Source: Myxococcota bacterium
GTDB lineage: Bacteria; Myxococcota_A; UBA9042; PHBI01; JACKFB01
DNA length: 64,000 bases
Reading direction: 5' to 3'
Assembly (NCBI GenBank): GCA_051747385.1
Contig: JBNJGB010000032.1
Coordinates: 8,152-72,151, forward strand
Both the position numbers and the translations under genes were made by a program. Below are positions 8,058 to 19,393 of the stretch, in pieces; within the stretch, counting starts at the first letter, position 1; the number at the start of each line of letters is the position of its first letter. The notes below the pieces were generated by a model. The model was not told where the DNA came from. It saw only the letters and a program-made list of their open reading frames with translations, and ran no database searches.

Positions 8058-9614
8058 TCACGGGGTCGTCACCGGGTTGCTCGCGTCGAGCTCCATGCAG
8101 GCGCCGCCCGAGACGGGGGTCGTCTCGAAGGTCTCCGGGTCGATGGTGACCTCGACGAGCGTCACGTCCGTGAGGGCCGTGTCGATCAGGCCGGCGAAGG
8201 GATCCGACCCTTCGTTGACGGTGATCGTCCCGCCGGTCTGGAAGAAGCGGCGCTCGTAGGCGGTGCCGGCGTCCACGACCACCTGCACGCACTGCTCGCA
8301 CGTCGCGTAGCTGTCGTTCGGAGCCGGGGCGAGGTCGAAGGTGCCGATGTCCTCGGCGTAGAACTCCAGGTTCAGGCTGTCCGGCTCGGACGTGGCCCCG
8401 AGGCCCTGGCCGGTCAGGTCCTGCAGGTACGCTTGGGGGAACTCCGGGTGCGCCGAGACCGTCCCGGCGATGTTCACCTGCTGGCAGGTGCCCGCGCTCG
8501 CGCACTCGCTGCCGTCCACGGCGCACGTGCCGGACGTGCACTCACCGCACGTGCCGCCGCAGCCGTCGGGACCGCAGACCTTGCCCGTGCAGTCCGGCTC
8601 GCAGACAGGCGGCTCGAGGGTCGTGGGCGTCGGCACCTCGTAGCACGTCCCGTCGGGCACGGGCGTCGACTGGAAGGTCTCGGACTCGATGGTGACCTCC
8701 TCGAGGACGACGCCCTCGAGGGTCACGGTCGTCGGGCCGCTCTGGGGCGGGGAGCCGACCGTGATCGTGCCGGCGGCCTGGAAGAGCTGGGACGCGACGT
8801 TCCCGTCCTGGTCCACGTCGACGAGGACCCGGACGCACTGCTCGCAGTAGGCGTAGTTGTCGTTGGCGGCCGACGCCAGGTCGAACGTCCCGGTCTCGTC
8901 CGAGTAGAACTCGAGCTGCAGGACGTCCGGCACGTCGGGCGAGCCGAGGCCGAGGTCCGCCTCGATGACGTGGAGGCCGCCCTGGGCCTCGATCAGCTCG
9001 CCGGACAGGGCCAGGGTTCCGCACTCGGCCGGACCGGCGTCGGTGTCGTCCACGGTGTCCGGGACGTCCGGCTGCGCGTCAGCGATGTCCGGTGCGCTGT
9101 CCGGCTGCGTGTCGGCGACGTCGGGTGCGGTGTCCGGCTGCGTGTCGGCGACGTCGGGTGCGGTGTCCGGCTGCGTGTCGGCGACGTCCGGTGCGGTGTC
9201 CGGCTGCGTGTCGGGTGCGGTGTCCGGCTGCGTGTCGGGGGTGGTGTCCGGCTGCGTGTCGGCGACGTCCGGTGTGGTGTCCGGCTGCGTGTCGGGGGTG
9301 GTGTCCGGCTGGGGACCCGGCACGTCCTCGTCGGAGTCCGGGACGTCCTGGCCGGCGTCGGGCTCCGCGTCCGGCGTGACGGGCGTCGCGTCCGCGTCCG
9401 GATCGAGGGGCTCGCCGTCCGACGAGACGTCCACCTGCGATGGCGCGTCACCCTGGACGTCCTGCCCCGGGCCGCTCGTGTCGCCCGAGGTGTCCTGGGG
9501 GAACGCCGTATCAGGCACGAATCCACCGCCGTTGCCTGCGTCGTCGCAGCCCACGAGGGCCACGGCCAGCCACGTGAGGATCGTCCCGCTCGTCAAAAGT
9601 CGTCGTACCGACAT
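8058..9614 (-). CDS. secreted lipoprotein, D/P-rich tandem-repeat linker plus duplicated Cys-containing domains
   Basis: Signal peptide with lipobox (LAVALVGC). The linker has about 12 copies of DTQPDTAPDVA. Two paralogous about 120-aa domains follow (LEFYSDETGTFDLASAANDNYAYCEQCVRVLVD / LEFYAEDIGTFDLAPAPNDSYATCEQCVQVVVD), separated by a Cys knot-like module CEPDCTGKVCGPDGCGGTCGECTSGTC. Confidence 0.75.
   Translation of the reverse strand: MSVRRLLTSGTILTWLAVALVGCDDAGNGGGFVPDTAFPQDTSGDTSGPGQDVQGDAPSQVDVSSDGEPLDPDADATPVTPDAEPDAGQDVPDSDEDVPGPQPDTTPDTQPDTTPDVADTQPDTTPDTQPDTAPDTQPDTAPDVADTQPDTAPDVADTQPDTAPDVADTQPDSAPDIADAQPDVPDTVDDTDAGPAECGTLALSGELIEAQGGLHVIEADLGLGSPDVPDVLQLEFYSDETGTFDLASAANDNYAYCEQCVRVLVDVDQDGNVASQLFQAAGTITVGSPPQSGPTTVTLEGVVLEEVTIESETFQSTPVPDGTCYEVPTPTTLEPPVCEPDCTGKVCGPDGCGGTCGECTSGTCAVDGSECASAGTCQQVNIAGTVSAHPEFPQAYLQDLTGQGLGATSEPDSLNLEFYAEDIGTFDLAPAPNDSYATCEQCVQVVVDAGTAYERRFFQTGGTITVNEGSDPFAGLIDTALTDVTLVEVTIDPETFETTPVSGGACMELDASNPVTTP
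9061..9312. repeat. 33-nt (and 24-nt variant) tandem repeat inside the lipoprotein gene, encoding DTQPDTAPDVA
   Basis: Unit gtccggctgcgtgtcggcgacgtcgggtgcggt is repeated head-to-tail about 7-8 times, with a shortened variant gtccggctgcgtgtcgggtgcggt. Confidence 0.75.
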
Positions 9615-9709
9615 CCGCTTTCTCCCTGTTTCGAATCGCGGACCTTAACAGGGAGTGTCGCGTCTTGCACCCCCGAAAGCGCGGCCGCCTCCGGGGGTGA
9701 CGCGGACGG

Positions 9710-11224
9710 CTACCAGTCGAGCTCGACCTCCTCCTCCTGGATGGCCGACTCGTCGAAGAAGAGCGACTTGGCGACCGCGCTGTCGATCTCGCTGATCCGC
9801 TGCTCCTCGGCCAGGATGACGTGGCACTGGTCGCAGTCCTGCCCGATGGTGTTGCCCTCGGGGTCCTCGTGCTTGTCGTTGTGGCAGCGGAAGCACCCGG
9901 CCTCGCTCTGGTGACCCAGGTGGCTGGGATAGGTTCCCCACTCGATGTTGAGGCGGGGGTAGACGTTGATGGCGTAGGCCTCGCGGAACAGCGTGTCCGC
10001 GGCCGCCGCCAGCTTCGCCTCCTCGTCCTCGGAGACCTCGTCCACCAGCTCGGCGTAGGCCTTCTTCAGCTCCTCGTCCATGCGCTGCTCCGCCTCGGCC
10101 TTGGTCGGATACTCCACCTGGATGGCCTCGATGGCCGCCTCGCGGAGCCTCGGCATGTCCCCGGGGAGCTGGCCGTCGAGCAGGAGCTCGTCCACGGACT
10201 CCTCGGGCATCTGGTAGATGTGCGTCGGGCGGTTGTGGCAGTCGATGCAGTCCATCGTCCGCCACTCGCTGTCGGCCGGGGGCTCGGGAAGCTCCGGATC
10301 CACGTAGGTCACCACCTCGCCGTCCGGCGTGGTGACGCGGACCTCGGGGATGACCATGCGCTCCCCCTTCACGTCCCGGTACTCCACCTTGTTGTCCTTG
10401 CTCACGTGCCAGTGGATGCCGTGGTACTCCCCGGTCTCCGCGCTGCGGCCTCCGACCTTGAGCGCCAGGGCCGTGACGGTCGGGTCCTCGACGCCGTCTT
10501 CACCCATGGCCTTCGTGAACAGCTTGGTCCGCTTGCCGTGGAAGAACTCGGGCCAGTGGCACTGCTCACAGGTGTCCCGCGCGGGACGCAGGTTGTGGAT
10601 GGGCGTGGGGATGGGCTTCGAGAAGTCGTCGGCGATCACGCCGTAGACCTGGCGCAGGCCGCTGAGCTTGGACTTCACGAACCACGAGGCGCCGGGGCCG
10701 ATGTGGCACTCCACGCAGTCGACCCGGGCGTGGGGCGACCGCTTGTACGCCTCGAACTCGGGCTCCATCACGGAGTGGCAGGTCTTCCCGCAGAACTGCG
10801 TGCTCTCGGTGTAGTGATAGCCCTCGTAGCTGAGGCCGGTCAGGATGAGGACGTTGACGACCGTCAGGACCCCGACCAGCCCCCAGAAGCGGCGATGGGA
10901 GGGAATGGTGAGGTCGATCACGAAAGGGGTGGGGCCCTCGTGCTCGCCGTCCCTCCTGGCTCGGCGCCAGGCCAGCCACGAGCCCAGCGGGATGAGCACG
11001 AGGCCGAAGACGAAGAAGATGGGGAGGACGAGGAAGGTGATGAGCCCGGCGTAGGCGCCGAGGGACAACATGCCCGTCCACTCGAGGATCATGGCGCTGA
11101 GGATGAGGACCGCGCTCACGGTCGTCAGGCCCACGCCGACGAGGGCGAGGCGACTGGCGACGAGGCCGCGCACGAGGCGGCGGAAGCGCGTGCGGGTCTT
11201 CCCGGGGCGATGGTCGTCGGACAC
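9710..11224 (-). CDS. membrane-anchored multiheme c-type cytochrome (NapC/NirT-like N-terminus, six CxxCH motifs)
   Basis: GTG start at 11222-11224 (VSDDHRPGK..., residue 82 of ORF 9710..11467), preceded by a GGAGG RBS at about 5-nt spacing. One TM segment, then CGKTCH, CVECH, CEQCH, CIDCH, CFRCH, CDQCH. Upstream ORF residues are not protein-like. Confidence 0.8.
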   Translation of the reverse strand: MSDDHRPGKTRTRFRRLVRGLVASRLALVGVGLTTVSAVLILSAMILEWTGMLSLGAYAGLITFLVLPIFFVFGLVLIPLGSWLAWRRARRDGEHEGPTPFVIDLTIPSHRRFWGLVGVLTVVNVLILTGLSYEGYHYTESTQFCGKTCHSVMEPEFEAYKRSPHARVDCVECHIGPGASWFVKSKLSGLRQVYGVIADDFSKPIPTPIHNLRPARDTCEQCHWPEFFHGKRTKLFTKAMGEDGVEDPTVTALALKVGGRSAETGEYHGIHWHVSKDNKVEYRDVKGERMVIPEVRVTTPDGEVVTYVDPELPEPPADSEWRTMDCIDCHNRPTHIYQMPEESVDELLLDGQLPGDMPRLREAAIEAIQVEYPTKAEAEQRMDEELKKAYAELVDEVSEDEEAKLAAAADTLFREAYAINVYPRLNIEWGTYPSHLGHQSEAGCFRCHNDKHEDPEGNTIGQDCDQCHVILAEEQRISEIDSAVAKSLFFDESAIQEEEVELDW

Positions 11225-11574
11225 GGGAGCCTCCAGTATGCGGCGAGTTACGAGGCGACATCTTCGTACGGGGGCAGCCTCGGGCGCGAGCCTAGTCGAA
11301 TGATGCGACGCGGCTTTGATCCGGATCACGAAATCGTCGTCGGGCCCTCCTCTCGAATCCTGCATGTCCTCCTGGTTATCGCATGTTGAGCGTGGGTTCA
11401 GGGGGTTTCGCCCGGCGGCGTCTCGACGCTTGATCTGGCGCAACCCCCGGGTGATGCGGTGCGACAATCCGGGGGCCTGTCCCCTGCGTCGCCGGGGAGA
11501 GGCTCTCCCGGTCCGGGGGCCTCCGGACGATCAGCACGGGCATCGCGCGCCGGTTCCGCGTATCATCCCGCGCC

Positions 11575-14280
11575 ATGAAGCACGCCACCCCCGGACTCCT
11601 CCTCGTCCTGCTCGCCCTGTCGCCCGGCTGCGGGGACTCGTCCTCCTCGGACGACCCCGCCGACGCCGCGTCCGATGCCCCGCCGGTGGAGGAGGTCGCC
11701 GGCGCCGGGGACGCCGACGTGTCCGCCGCCGACGCGACGCCGGACACCGACGCGGACGGACCGCCCGACAGCCCGCTGTATGTCCGGCGCGTGGAGGAGG
11801 CCGACGACCTCATCGGCGGACCGGGCGCCTACGGCCAGGTGGGCGGCGCCTGGCTCATCGGCAACCGGCAGGCCCGCTTCCTGATCCAGGACGTGGGGGT
11901 GTCCGTCCGCCTGAACCTGTACGGCGGGAACCTCATCGACGCGGACCTGGTACGCCCCGAGGACGAGCCGGGGCGCGACACCTTCCGCGAGATGTTCCCG
12001 CTCGTGGACTTCCGCGTGCTCGTGCCGGACTCCATCGTGGTCGCCGACGACGGCGCGGACGGGGAGGAGGCGGTCCTCCGGGTCACCGGACACGCCGGCT
12101 CCTCCGGCATCCTCGACTTCCTGGACGATCTCGCCGGAGACGCCCCCCTCGACGTGACCGTGGAGTACGTGGTGCGACCCGGCGAGCCGGTGCTCACCCT
12201 GCGCACCCTCGTGACGAACACCGGGTCGTCGTCGGCCTCCATCGCGGTCGGCGACTTCCTGGGCTTCGGGAAGCAGCTGGAGCTGGTCAGCCCGGAGGCG
12301 GGCTTCGCGAAGCCGGAGAGCGCCGGGCAGCTCACGGTCCTGGGCAGCCGCGGCGATCACACCTCCTACGCCTACGGCCGCCCCGAGGGCGACGTCATGG
12401 TGCCGTTCAGCGACTCCTCGGGGACCGCCGGCCTCCTGGACCTGGCCCTCGACGTCCCGGCAGGCGAGACGCGGGTCGTGGAGCGCTTCTTCATCGTGGG
12501 GGACGGCTCGGCGGCCAGCGTGATCGACCTTGCCCTGGAGCGCACCGCCGGCGAGACGGGGCGCGTCGTGGGGCGGGTCGTCGACGGGGACGGCGCGCCC
12601 GTGGAGGGCGCCCGGGTCACGGCCCTCCCGGTCCCGGCCGGCGGCGGCGAGGCGGAGCACGCGGCCAACCAGGCGCGCACCGGCGCCGACGGGTCCTACG
12701 GGATGCGCCTCCGGCCGGGCAGCTACCGCGTCGTGGCCTCCGGCGATCAGCGGATCCGCTCCACCGCCGCGGAGGTGGACGTCGAGGCCGACGCCGACGC
12801 CACGGCCGACCTGGAGATCGGGTCGCGAGCGGTGGTGCACGCGGCGCTCACCGGCGACGGTCCGACGCCCGCGGGCTTCGAGACGTTCCCGGCGAAGATC
12901 GTGCTGCAGGCCCTCGACGTGCAGGGGCCCGATCCCCGCCTGGGCGACGAGGTCATCGACGGACACGACCGCGTGGTCTTCGTCGGACCGGGGCGCTCCG
13001 AGTTCGCCGTGCGACCGGGGCGTTATCGGGTCGTCCTCTCCCACGGGCCGGAGATTGAGCGGATCGTCCTGGACGACGTGACCCTGTCGGACGGCCACGT
13101 CCTCGACCAGCACCTGGCGAGGGCGGTCGACACCCCCGGGTGGCTGGCCTGCGACTTCCACCAGCACACCATCGGCAGCATGGACGCCAACGCCACCCTG
13201 CCCGAGAAGCTGCGGGAGAACCTGACCGCCGGCATGGAGTGTGCCGCCATCACGGACCACGACAACGTGGTGGACATCCGCCCCACCGTCGCGGCGCTCG
13301 GCGCCGAGGACGCGTTCCACGGGGTGGTCGGAGACGAGATCAGCGTCAACGCCGTGGGGCACTTCAACGCCTATCCCCTGCCGATCGACCCCGAGGACCC
13401 CTTCGCGCTGGTGGGGGCGAAGCTCTGGGCGGACAGGACCATCGCCGAGCTCTTCGAGCTCCTGCGGAGCCTGCCGGGGGACCGCACCATCCAGGTGAAC
13501 CACCCCCGGTCCGGTCTGCTGAAGGGCTACTTCTCGCACCTCCGCCTCGACCCGTGGAGCGGGGAGCCCGGCAAGGGAGAGCTGGCCACGGACTTCGACG
13601 CCCTGGAGGTGAACGACGAGATCGGCCAGGCGGCCGACTACACGCCGGAGGGCTGGGCCGAGTGGTCCGACGCCGCCGACAGCGACGTGCCGGTGCTGGC
13701 GGACTGGTTCGGCCTGCTCAACCGGGGCGTCCCGGTCTGCGCCCTGGGCAACTCGGACGCCCACGACCTGGGCGACGACGTCGGCTATCCGAGGACGTAC
13801 CTGTGGATGGACACCGACGCCCCGGCCGACGTGACGGACGAGGACGTGGTCGGAGCCATCGGTCGCCAGCAGGCCATCGTGTCCCGCGGGGCCTGGCTCG
13901 ACGTGGACGTGGACGGCGAACGGCGCATGGGCTGGTCCGAGCCGGTCAGCCCCGACGGCGGCCCCGTGGAGCTGCACGTGGTCGCCCGGGTTCCCGACTG
14001 GCTCACCCTGTCCACCGTGGAGCTGTACGCCAACGGCCTCCTCGTGGAGACGCGCCCCGCCACCGCCCCCGCGGAGCCCGGCGGCGCATGGTTCGACGAG
14101 ACCTTCGCCGTCGAGCCGACCGCGGACACCTGGTACGTGATCATGACCCGCGGCCCGGAGATGGGCGCCCCGGTCTTCTCGGGCTTCACCTACGCCTTCA
14201 CCAACCCGATCTACGTGGACGTGGACGGCGACGGCTTCGACGCACCGGGGCCCGTGGCCCTGCCCGGCGGGGACGGGTAG
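11575..14280 (+). CDS. PHP-domain (CehA/McbA-like) metallohydrolase lipoprotein with N-terminal beta-sandwich domains
   Basis: 901 aa. Signal peptide plus lipobox (LLALSPGC). The central region resembles a carboxypeptidase-regulatory-like domain (VVGRVVDGDGAPVEGARVTAL...GSYRVVASG). PHP-type His motifs follow (WLACDFHQHTIGSMD, AAITDHDNV, GNSDAHD). Confidence 0.7.
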   Translation: MKHATPGLLLVLLALSPGCGDSSSSDDPADAASDAPPVEEVAGAGDADVSAADATPDTDADGPPDSPLYVRRVEEADDLIGGPGAYGQVGGAWLIGNRQARFLIQDVGVSVRLNLYGGNLIDADLVRPEDEPGRDTFREMFPLVDFRVLVPDSIVVADDGADGEEAVLRVTGHAGSSGILDFLDDLAGDAPLDVTVEYVVRPGEPVLTLRTLVTNTGSSSASIAVGDFLGFGKQLELVSPEAGFAKPESAGQLTVLGSRGDHTSYAYGRPEGDVMVPFSDSSGTAGLLDLALDVPAGETRVVERFFIVGDGSAASVIDLALERTAGETGRVVGRVVDGDGAPVEGARVTALPVPAGGGEAEHAANQARTGADGSYGMRLRPGSYRVVASGDQRIRSTAAEVDVEADADATADLEIGSRAVVHAALTGDGPTPAGFETFPAKIVLQALDVQGPDPRLGDEVIDGHDRVVFVGPGRSEFAVRPGRYRVVLSHGPEIERIVLDDVTLSDGHVLDQHLARAVDTPGWLACDFHQHTIGSMDANATLPEKLRENLTAGMECAAITDHDNVVDIRPTVAALGAEDAFHGVVGDEISVNAVGHFNAYPLPIDPEDPFALVGAKLWADRTIAELFELLRSLPGDRTIQVNHPRSGLLKGYFSHLRLDPWSGEPGKGELATDFDALEVNDEIGQAADYTPEGWAEWSDAADSDVPVLADWFGLLNRGVPVCALGNSDAHDLGDDVGYPRTYLWMDTDAPADVTDEDVVGAIGRQQAIVSRGAWLDVDVDGERRMGWSEPVSPDGGPVELHVVARVPDWLTLSTVELYANGLLVETRPATAPAEPGGAWFDETFAVEPTADTWYVIMTRGPEMGAPVFSGFTYAFTNPIYVDVDGDGFDAPGPVALPGGDG

Positions 14281-14287
14281 CCGCCGA

Positions 14288-14680
14288 TCAGGCCGTGCGG
14301 AGGGTGTCCCGGTGTCGCCTCATCGCCTCCGCGACGTCCTCGGGGCGCCCGGCGCGGCGCACGTCCTCGAGGTGGGCGGTCTGCAGGGACAGGCGCCCGA
14401 GGTCGGAGAGCACCGTGAGGTGCGTGTGCTGCTCCCCGGGCGGCCCCTCGACGACGAAGAACACGTCCACCGACTCGCCGTCGGCGACGCCTTGGTCGAT
14501 CGGGCGCGCGGTGCCGAAGACGCCCACGCGGGTGGTGCGCGCCTCCGTGAGAGTGGTGTGGGGCATCGCCATCCCCATGCCCACCCCGGTGTTCTGCTCC
14601 CGCTCGCGCTGCAATAGGCCCTGCTCGATGGTGTTCGTCTCGTCCCGCCCGCGGACGACCTCGCTGCGGTGGGGCGCCAC
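14288..14680 (-). CDS. PTS EIIA-Ntr (PtsN)-like protein, N-terminally short
   Basis: 130 aa. Aligns along its length with EIIA-Ntr: IEQGLLQREREQNTGVGMGMAMPH with phosphorylatable His, then GVFGTARPIDQGVADGESVDVFFVVEGPPGEQHTHLTVLSDLGRL. It lacks about 25 N-terminal residues relative to E. coli PtsN. Confidence 0.6.
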   Translation of the reverse strand: MAPHRSEVVRGRDETNTIEQGLLQREREQNTGVGMGMAMPHTTLTEARTTRVGVFGTARPIDQGVADGESVDVFFVVEGPPGEQHTHLTVLSDLGRLSLQTAHLEDVRRAGRPEDVAEAMRRHRDTLRTA

Positions 14681-14720
14681 GGACAGGCGCGTGATTTCGT
14701 CCAGGATCCCCGCGTCTCCC

Positions 14721-16352
14721 CTACTGGATCGTGGTGGCGGTCTGCACCAGGACCACGGCGGACGAGTCGGACATGGCCTCGTAGTAGCGCTGGAAGCGGT
14801 TGGTCTCGAACGCGTCGTAGGGGGCCTGGTTGTCCGCCCAGCGGAACGAGATCGGCTGGTACCAGAGCGCGGCCTCCACGCGGTAGGGGCCGGAGGCGCC
14901 GCGGACGTCCACCGCGTACCGCGTCCGATCGCCGCCGCCCCGGAAGTCCGGGTCGTCCGCGGCGGCGCCCCGCACGGCGATGTCCTCGCCCGCGGCGTCC
15001 TTGTCGAAGCCGCGCGGGAGCAGGCGGTTGTCCTTCACGTAGTGGGTGGCCGTGAGCAGGCCCGTGGTCACGGCGCCGTCCGGGCCGGCCAGGATGCCCT
15101 CGTAGACCTGCACCTGCGACGGGTCCTCGATGCGCGCGTGGTGGGGCTCGAAGGTGCCCGGATCCTCGTCGTTGTCGTTGCCCTCGATGGCCCCGGACGG
15201 CATGAAGCGCCCCGACTCGAACAGCACCCCGCCGGCGCCGTCCCGCACCACCACGTGCAGCCAGGCGCGGCGCGACGGATAGGCCGTCGGCAGCTTGTGC
15301 CCGGCCAGGTTGCGGATGGCGACGTCGAACGCGAGCCACCCGTCGCGCACCGCCGCGGCCTCGAGCCCGAGCCGGGCGCTCGACTCCCGCAGATGCCGCA
15401 CGGTCGCCTCGGCCGACCCGCTCAGCTCCGCGGGAAGGGCCGCGACCCCGAGCTCCGCGCGGAAGCGGTTCAGCATGGCGAGCACGAAGAAGTTCCCGCC
15501 GCGGAAGACGTGCGGGGACACGCCCTCCCGATCCTTCGGCATGACGCTGCTGATGGCCGTCGGCTCGTCCAGGGGAGGCATGTGGCAGGACTGGCACGAC
15601 TCCTCGCCGGGATAGCCGCTGTGGAGCCACTCCAGGTAGGGCACCTGCTCGGGCAGCTCTCCTACGACCTCGCCGTCCGGGCCCAGGGCGTGCGTGTACA
15701 GCGTGTGGCAGGTCGCGCACAGCTCCGAGCCCTGCAGGTGCTCCCCCTTCGCCGGCGTGAAGCCTGTCGCCGAGTGCATGAGGCGCGTGCGTCCCCGGTC
15801 CACCTCGTACGGACCGTAGACCTCGCGCTGCCCCCAGCGCGCCGTCGTCGCGTCCACGACGAAGCCGCCCGTGAAGCTCTCCTCCTCCCCGAGGTTGTCG
15901 TCCCGGATCTGGTGGCACACGGAGCACGACACCCCGTCCGCGGCCAGGGCGGCGGTGCGGGTCGCCTTCGCGCCCACGGGCAGGTGCGCGAAGACGCTCC
16001 CTTTGCCGCCCGCCGCCTGGGCGGCCTTGTGGGCCATGGGCATGTGGCAGGTGCCGCACTCGTCCTCGATGGCGGCCTGCGCCGACGGATGGTCCATGAT
16101 CTCCCGCCGGACCGCGGCCTGCCAGTACGGGTCGCGGGCCGAGTTGGCCATCATGGACGAGCGCCAGTCGGCGCCGAAGGAGACGTCGCGCCCGGACGGC
16201 GACGTGAGCCCGTCGTGGCAGGCGCTGCACTGTCCGGACGGCACGAACATCTGCGGGAGGCCGCCGGGCGGCACGGCGAGGACCGCGCCGGACGGGGCGG
16301 CGCAGAGCATCAGGGTGACGGACAGCGGGATGGCGTGGCGCATGGTGGGCAC
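14721..16352 (-). CDS. multiheme c-type cytochrome (five CxxCH motifs), signal peptide
   Basis: 543 aa with CSACH, CGTCH, CSVCH, CATCH, CQSCH. The overlapping 636-aa ORF 14320..16230 is an R-rich alternate frame. Confidence 0.8.
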   Translation of the reverse strand: MPTMRHAIPLSVTLMLCAAPSGAVLAVPPGGLPQMFVPSGQCSACHDGLTSPSGRDVSFGADWRSSMMANSARDPYWQAAVRREIMDHPSAQAAIEDECGTCHMPMAHKAAQAAGGKGSVFAHLPVGAKATRTAALAADGVSCSVCHQIRDDNLGEEESFTGGFVVDATTARWGQREVYGPYEVDRGRTRLMHSATGFTPAKGEHLQGSELCATCHTLYTHALGPDGEVVGELPEQVPYLEWLHSGYPGEESCQSCHMPPLDEPTAISSVMPKDREGVSPHVFRGGNFFVLAMLNRFRAELGVAALPAELSGSAEATVRHLRESSARLGLEAAAVRDGWLAFDVAIRNLAGHKLPTAYPSRRAWLHVVVRDGAGGVLFESGRFMPSGAIEGNDNDEDPGTFEPHHARIEDPSQVQVYEGILAGPDGAVTTGLLTATHYVKDNRLLPRGFDKDAAGEDIAVRGAAADDPDFRGGGDRTRYAVDVRGASGPYRVEAALWYQPISFRWADNQAPYDAFETNRFQRYYEAMSDSSAVVLVQTATTIQ

Positions 16353-16380
16353 CTCCGTGGTCGCGGCGCGCGCGGGCGGG

Positions 16381-17529
16381 CTACCAGCCCTCGGTGAGGC
16401 CGCCGTCGAACCAGTCCCAGAGCACGTAGAAGTACACCTCCACGGAGCGCGCGTCGGCGTCGTTCACCGGGATGCGCACGGCCGCGTTCGCCATGATGTT
16501 CTGGCGGGTGTTGAGGGTGACCTGGAGCTGCGGGACCAGGTCCCAGTGGGTCTGCGCGCCGTCGGCGAGGTCCCGGGCGCCCAGGACGCCCACCATGGGG
16601 GTCCACGTGCGCCCGAAGCGCCCCTGCCTGAAGCTCCGGCCGTACAGCCCCCGCCAGAACGCTTCGTGGTCCTTGTGATCCGGGTCCACGGACAGGCCCG
16701 CGCCCCCCTGGAGCTGCACGAAGCCGGCCGCGGCGAGGCTCTGCCCGTAGGACAGGAAGGGCTCGAACACCGTGGTGCCGCCGCCGAAGCCGTCGTCCTC
16801 GTCGCCCGTGGGGAGCACCACCTCCCCCGTGAGGCTCAGGATGGAGCCCGTGCGCAGGCTGTGGAGCAGGGCGGCCTTGATCCCCAGGGCGACGTCCTCG
16901 AGGCCCCCCTTCCACCCGTCGCCCGAGCCCTGATCGTGGATGGTGAACGGGACCACGGCCTCGAACTGGTAGCGATCGCCGAAGCGCTTCTCGTAGGTGA
17001 GCTCGTGGTAGACCGCGCGGGGCTCCTCGGTCTTCACGCCCACGGTGTAGACGGCCTCGTCCTCGGGATAGGCCTTCTCGATGAACATGGGCCGCGGGAA
17101 GTTCAGCTCTCCGCGGGGCCAGCCGTCGTCGTCGCAGAAGGTCCGCAGGTGGTCGACCGCGGCCTGGATCTCGCCGTCCGTGAGCGCCTCGTCGAACGCG
17201 GGCATCATCCGGGCGAAGCCGCGGGCCGGGCCGCCCTGGTGCGCGACCGCGAGCCAGTCCACGTCCGGCTCCCGGGTCGCGAAGCTGCAGTCCGTGAAGT
17301 CGGGCAGCGGCGTCTCGAAGCGCACCAGCGCAGGGTCCCCGCCGGTCCCGTCGACGCCGTGGCAGCTCGCGCAGGCCTCCGTGTAGATCGCCTCCCCGGT
17401 GCGGGCCGTGGCGCGCCGGGGCTCGTCCGGGCTCCGTTCCGCGGGTGCGGCGCCGAGCGCCAGGATGCACGAGAGGAGGCCGACGGCCCCGAGCAGGGCC
17501 GTCGCGGTGGGGGTCCGTGGATTGTCCAT
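16381..17529 (-). CDS. cytochrome c domain protein fused to a C-terminal predicted outer-membrane beta-barrel
   Basis: The last 382 aa of ORF 16381..19140 from MDNPRTP: signal peptide, one CASCH heme site, then about 260 aa of alternating amphipathic strands ending in a terminal aromatic residue (...GGLTEGW), OMP-like. Confidence 0.7.
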   Translation of the reverse strand: MDNPRTPTATALLGAVGLLSCILALGAAPAERSPDEPRRATARTGEAIYTEACASCHGVDGTGGDPALVRFETPLPDFTDCSFATREPDVDWLAVAHQGGPARGFARMMPAFDEALTDGEIQAAVDHLRTFCDDDGWPRGELNFPRPMFIEKAYPEDEAVYTVGVKTEEPRAVYHELTYEKRFGDRYQFEAVVPFTIHDQGSGDGWKGGLEDVALGIKAALLHSLRTGSILSLTGEVVLPTGDEDDGFGGGTTVFEPFLSYGQSLAAAGFVQLQGGAGLSVDPDHKDHEAFWRGLYGRSFRQGRFGRTWTPMVGVLGARDLADGAQTHWDLVPQLQVTLNTRQNIMANAAVRIPVNDADARSVEVYFYVLWDWFDGGLTEGW

Positions 17530-17675
17530 CGCCTGCTCCCCTGGCGGGAGGGGCCGACGACGGAGCCGGCCTCTCCTCGACCGTCGGTGCGGCGCCTGTC
17601 TCGTACCCGAGTCTACGCCCATGTCCGGCGGCCCGCCAGGGGCTTCGGGAAAGCCGTGGCTCGAGAGGGCGTTGG

Positions 17676-17684
17676 TGCTAGACT
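17676..17684 (+). promoter_or_regulatory. putative extended -10 promoter (TGcTAGACT) for the fumarase gene
   Basis: TGnTAnnnT lies about 32 nt upstream of the ATG at 17716. TGGAGGG is the RBS. Confidence 0.3.
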
Positions 17685-17715
17685 CCGGCCGCCTGAAGAC
17701 CCGTGGAGGGCCCCC

Positions 17716-19362
<1,647 letters not shown>

Positions 19363-19393
19363 GGCGGGCCCGGAGGACCCGGGCGGAGGTGTG

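Noticed and set aside
9061-9312. CRISPR array
   Set aside because: The 33-nt repeats are contiguous with no unique spacers, keep a reading frame and encode a DTQPDTAPDVA linker inside a lipoprotein gene.
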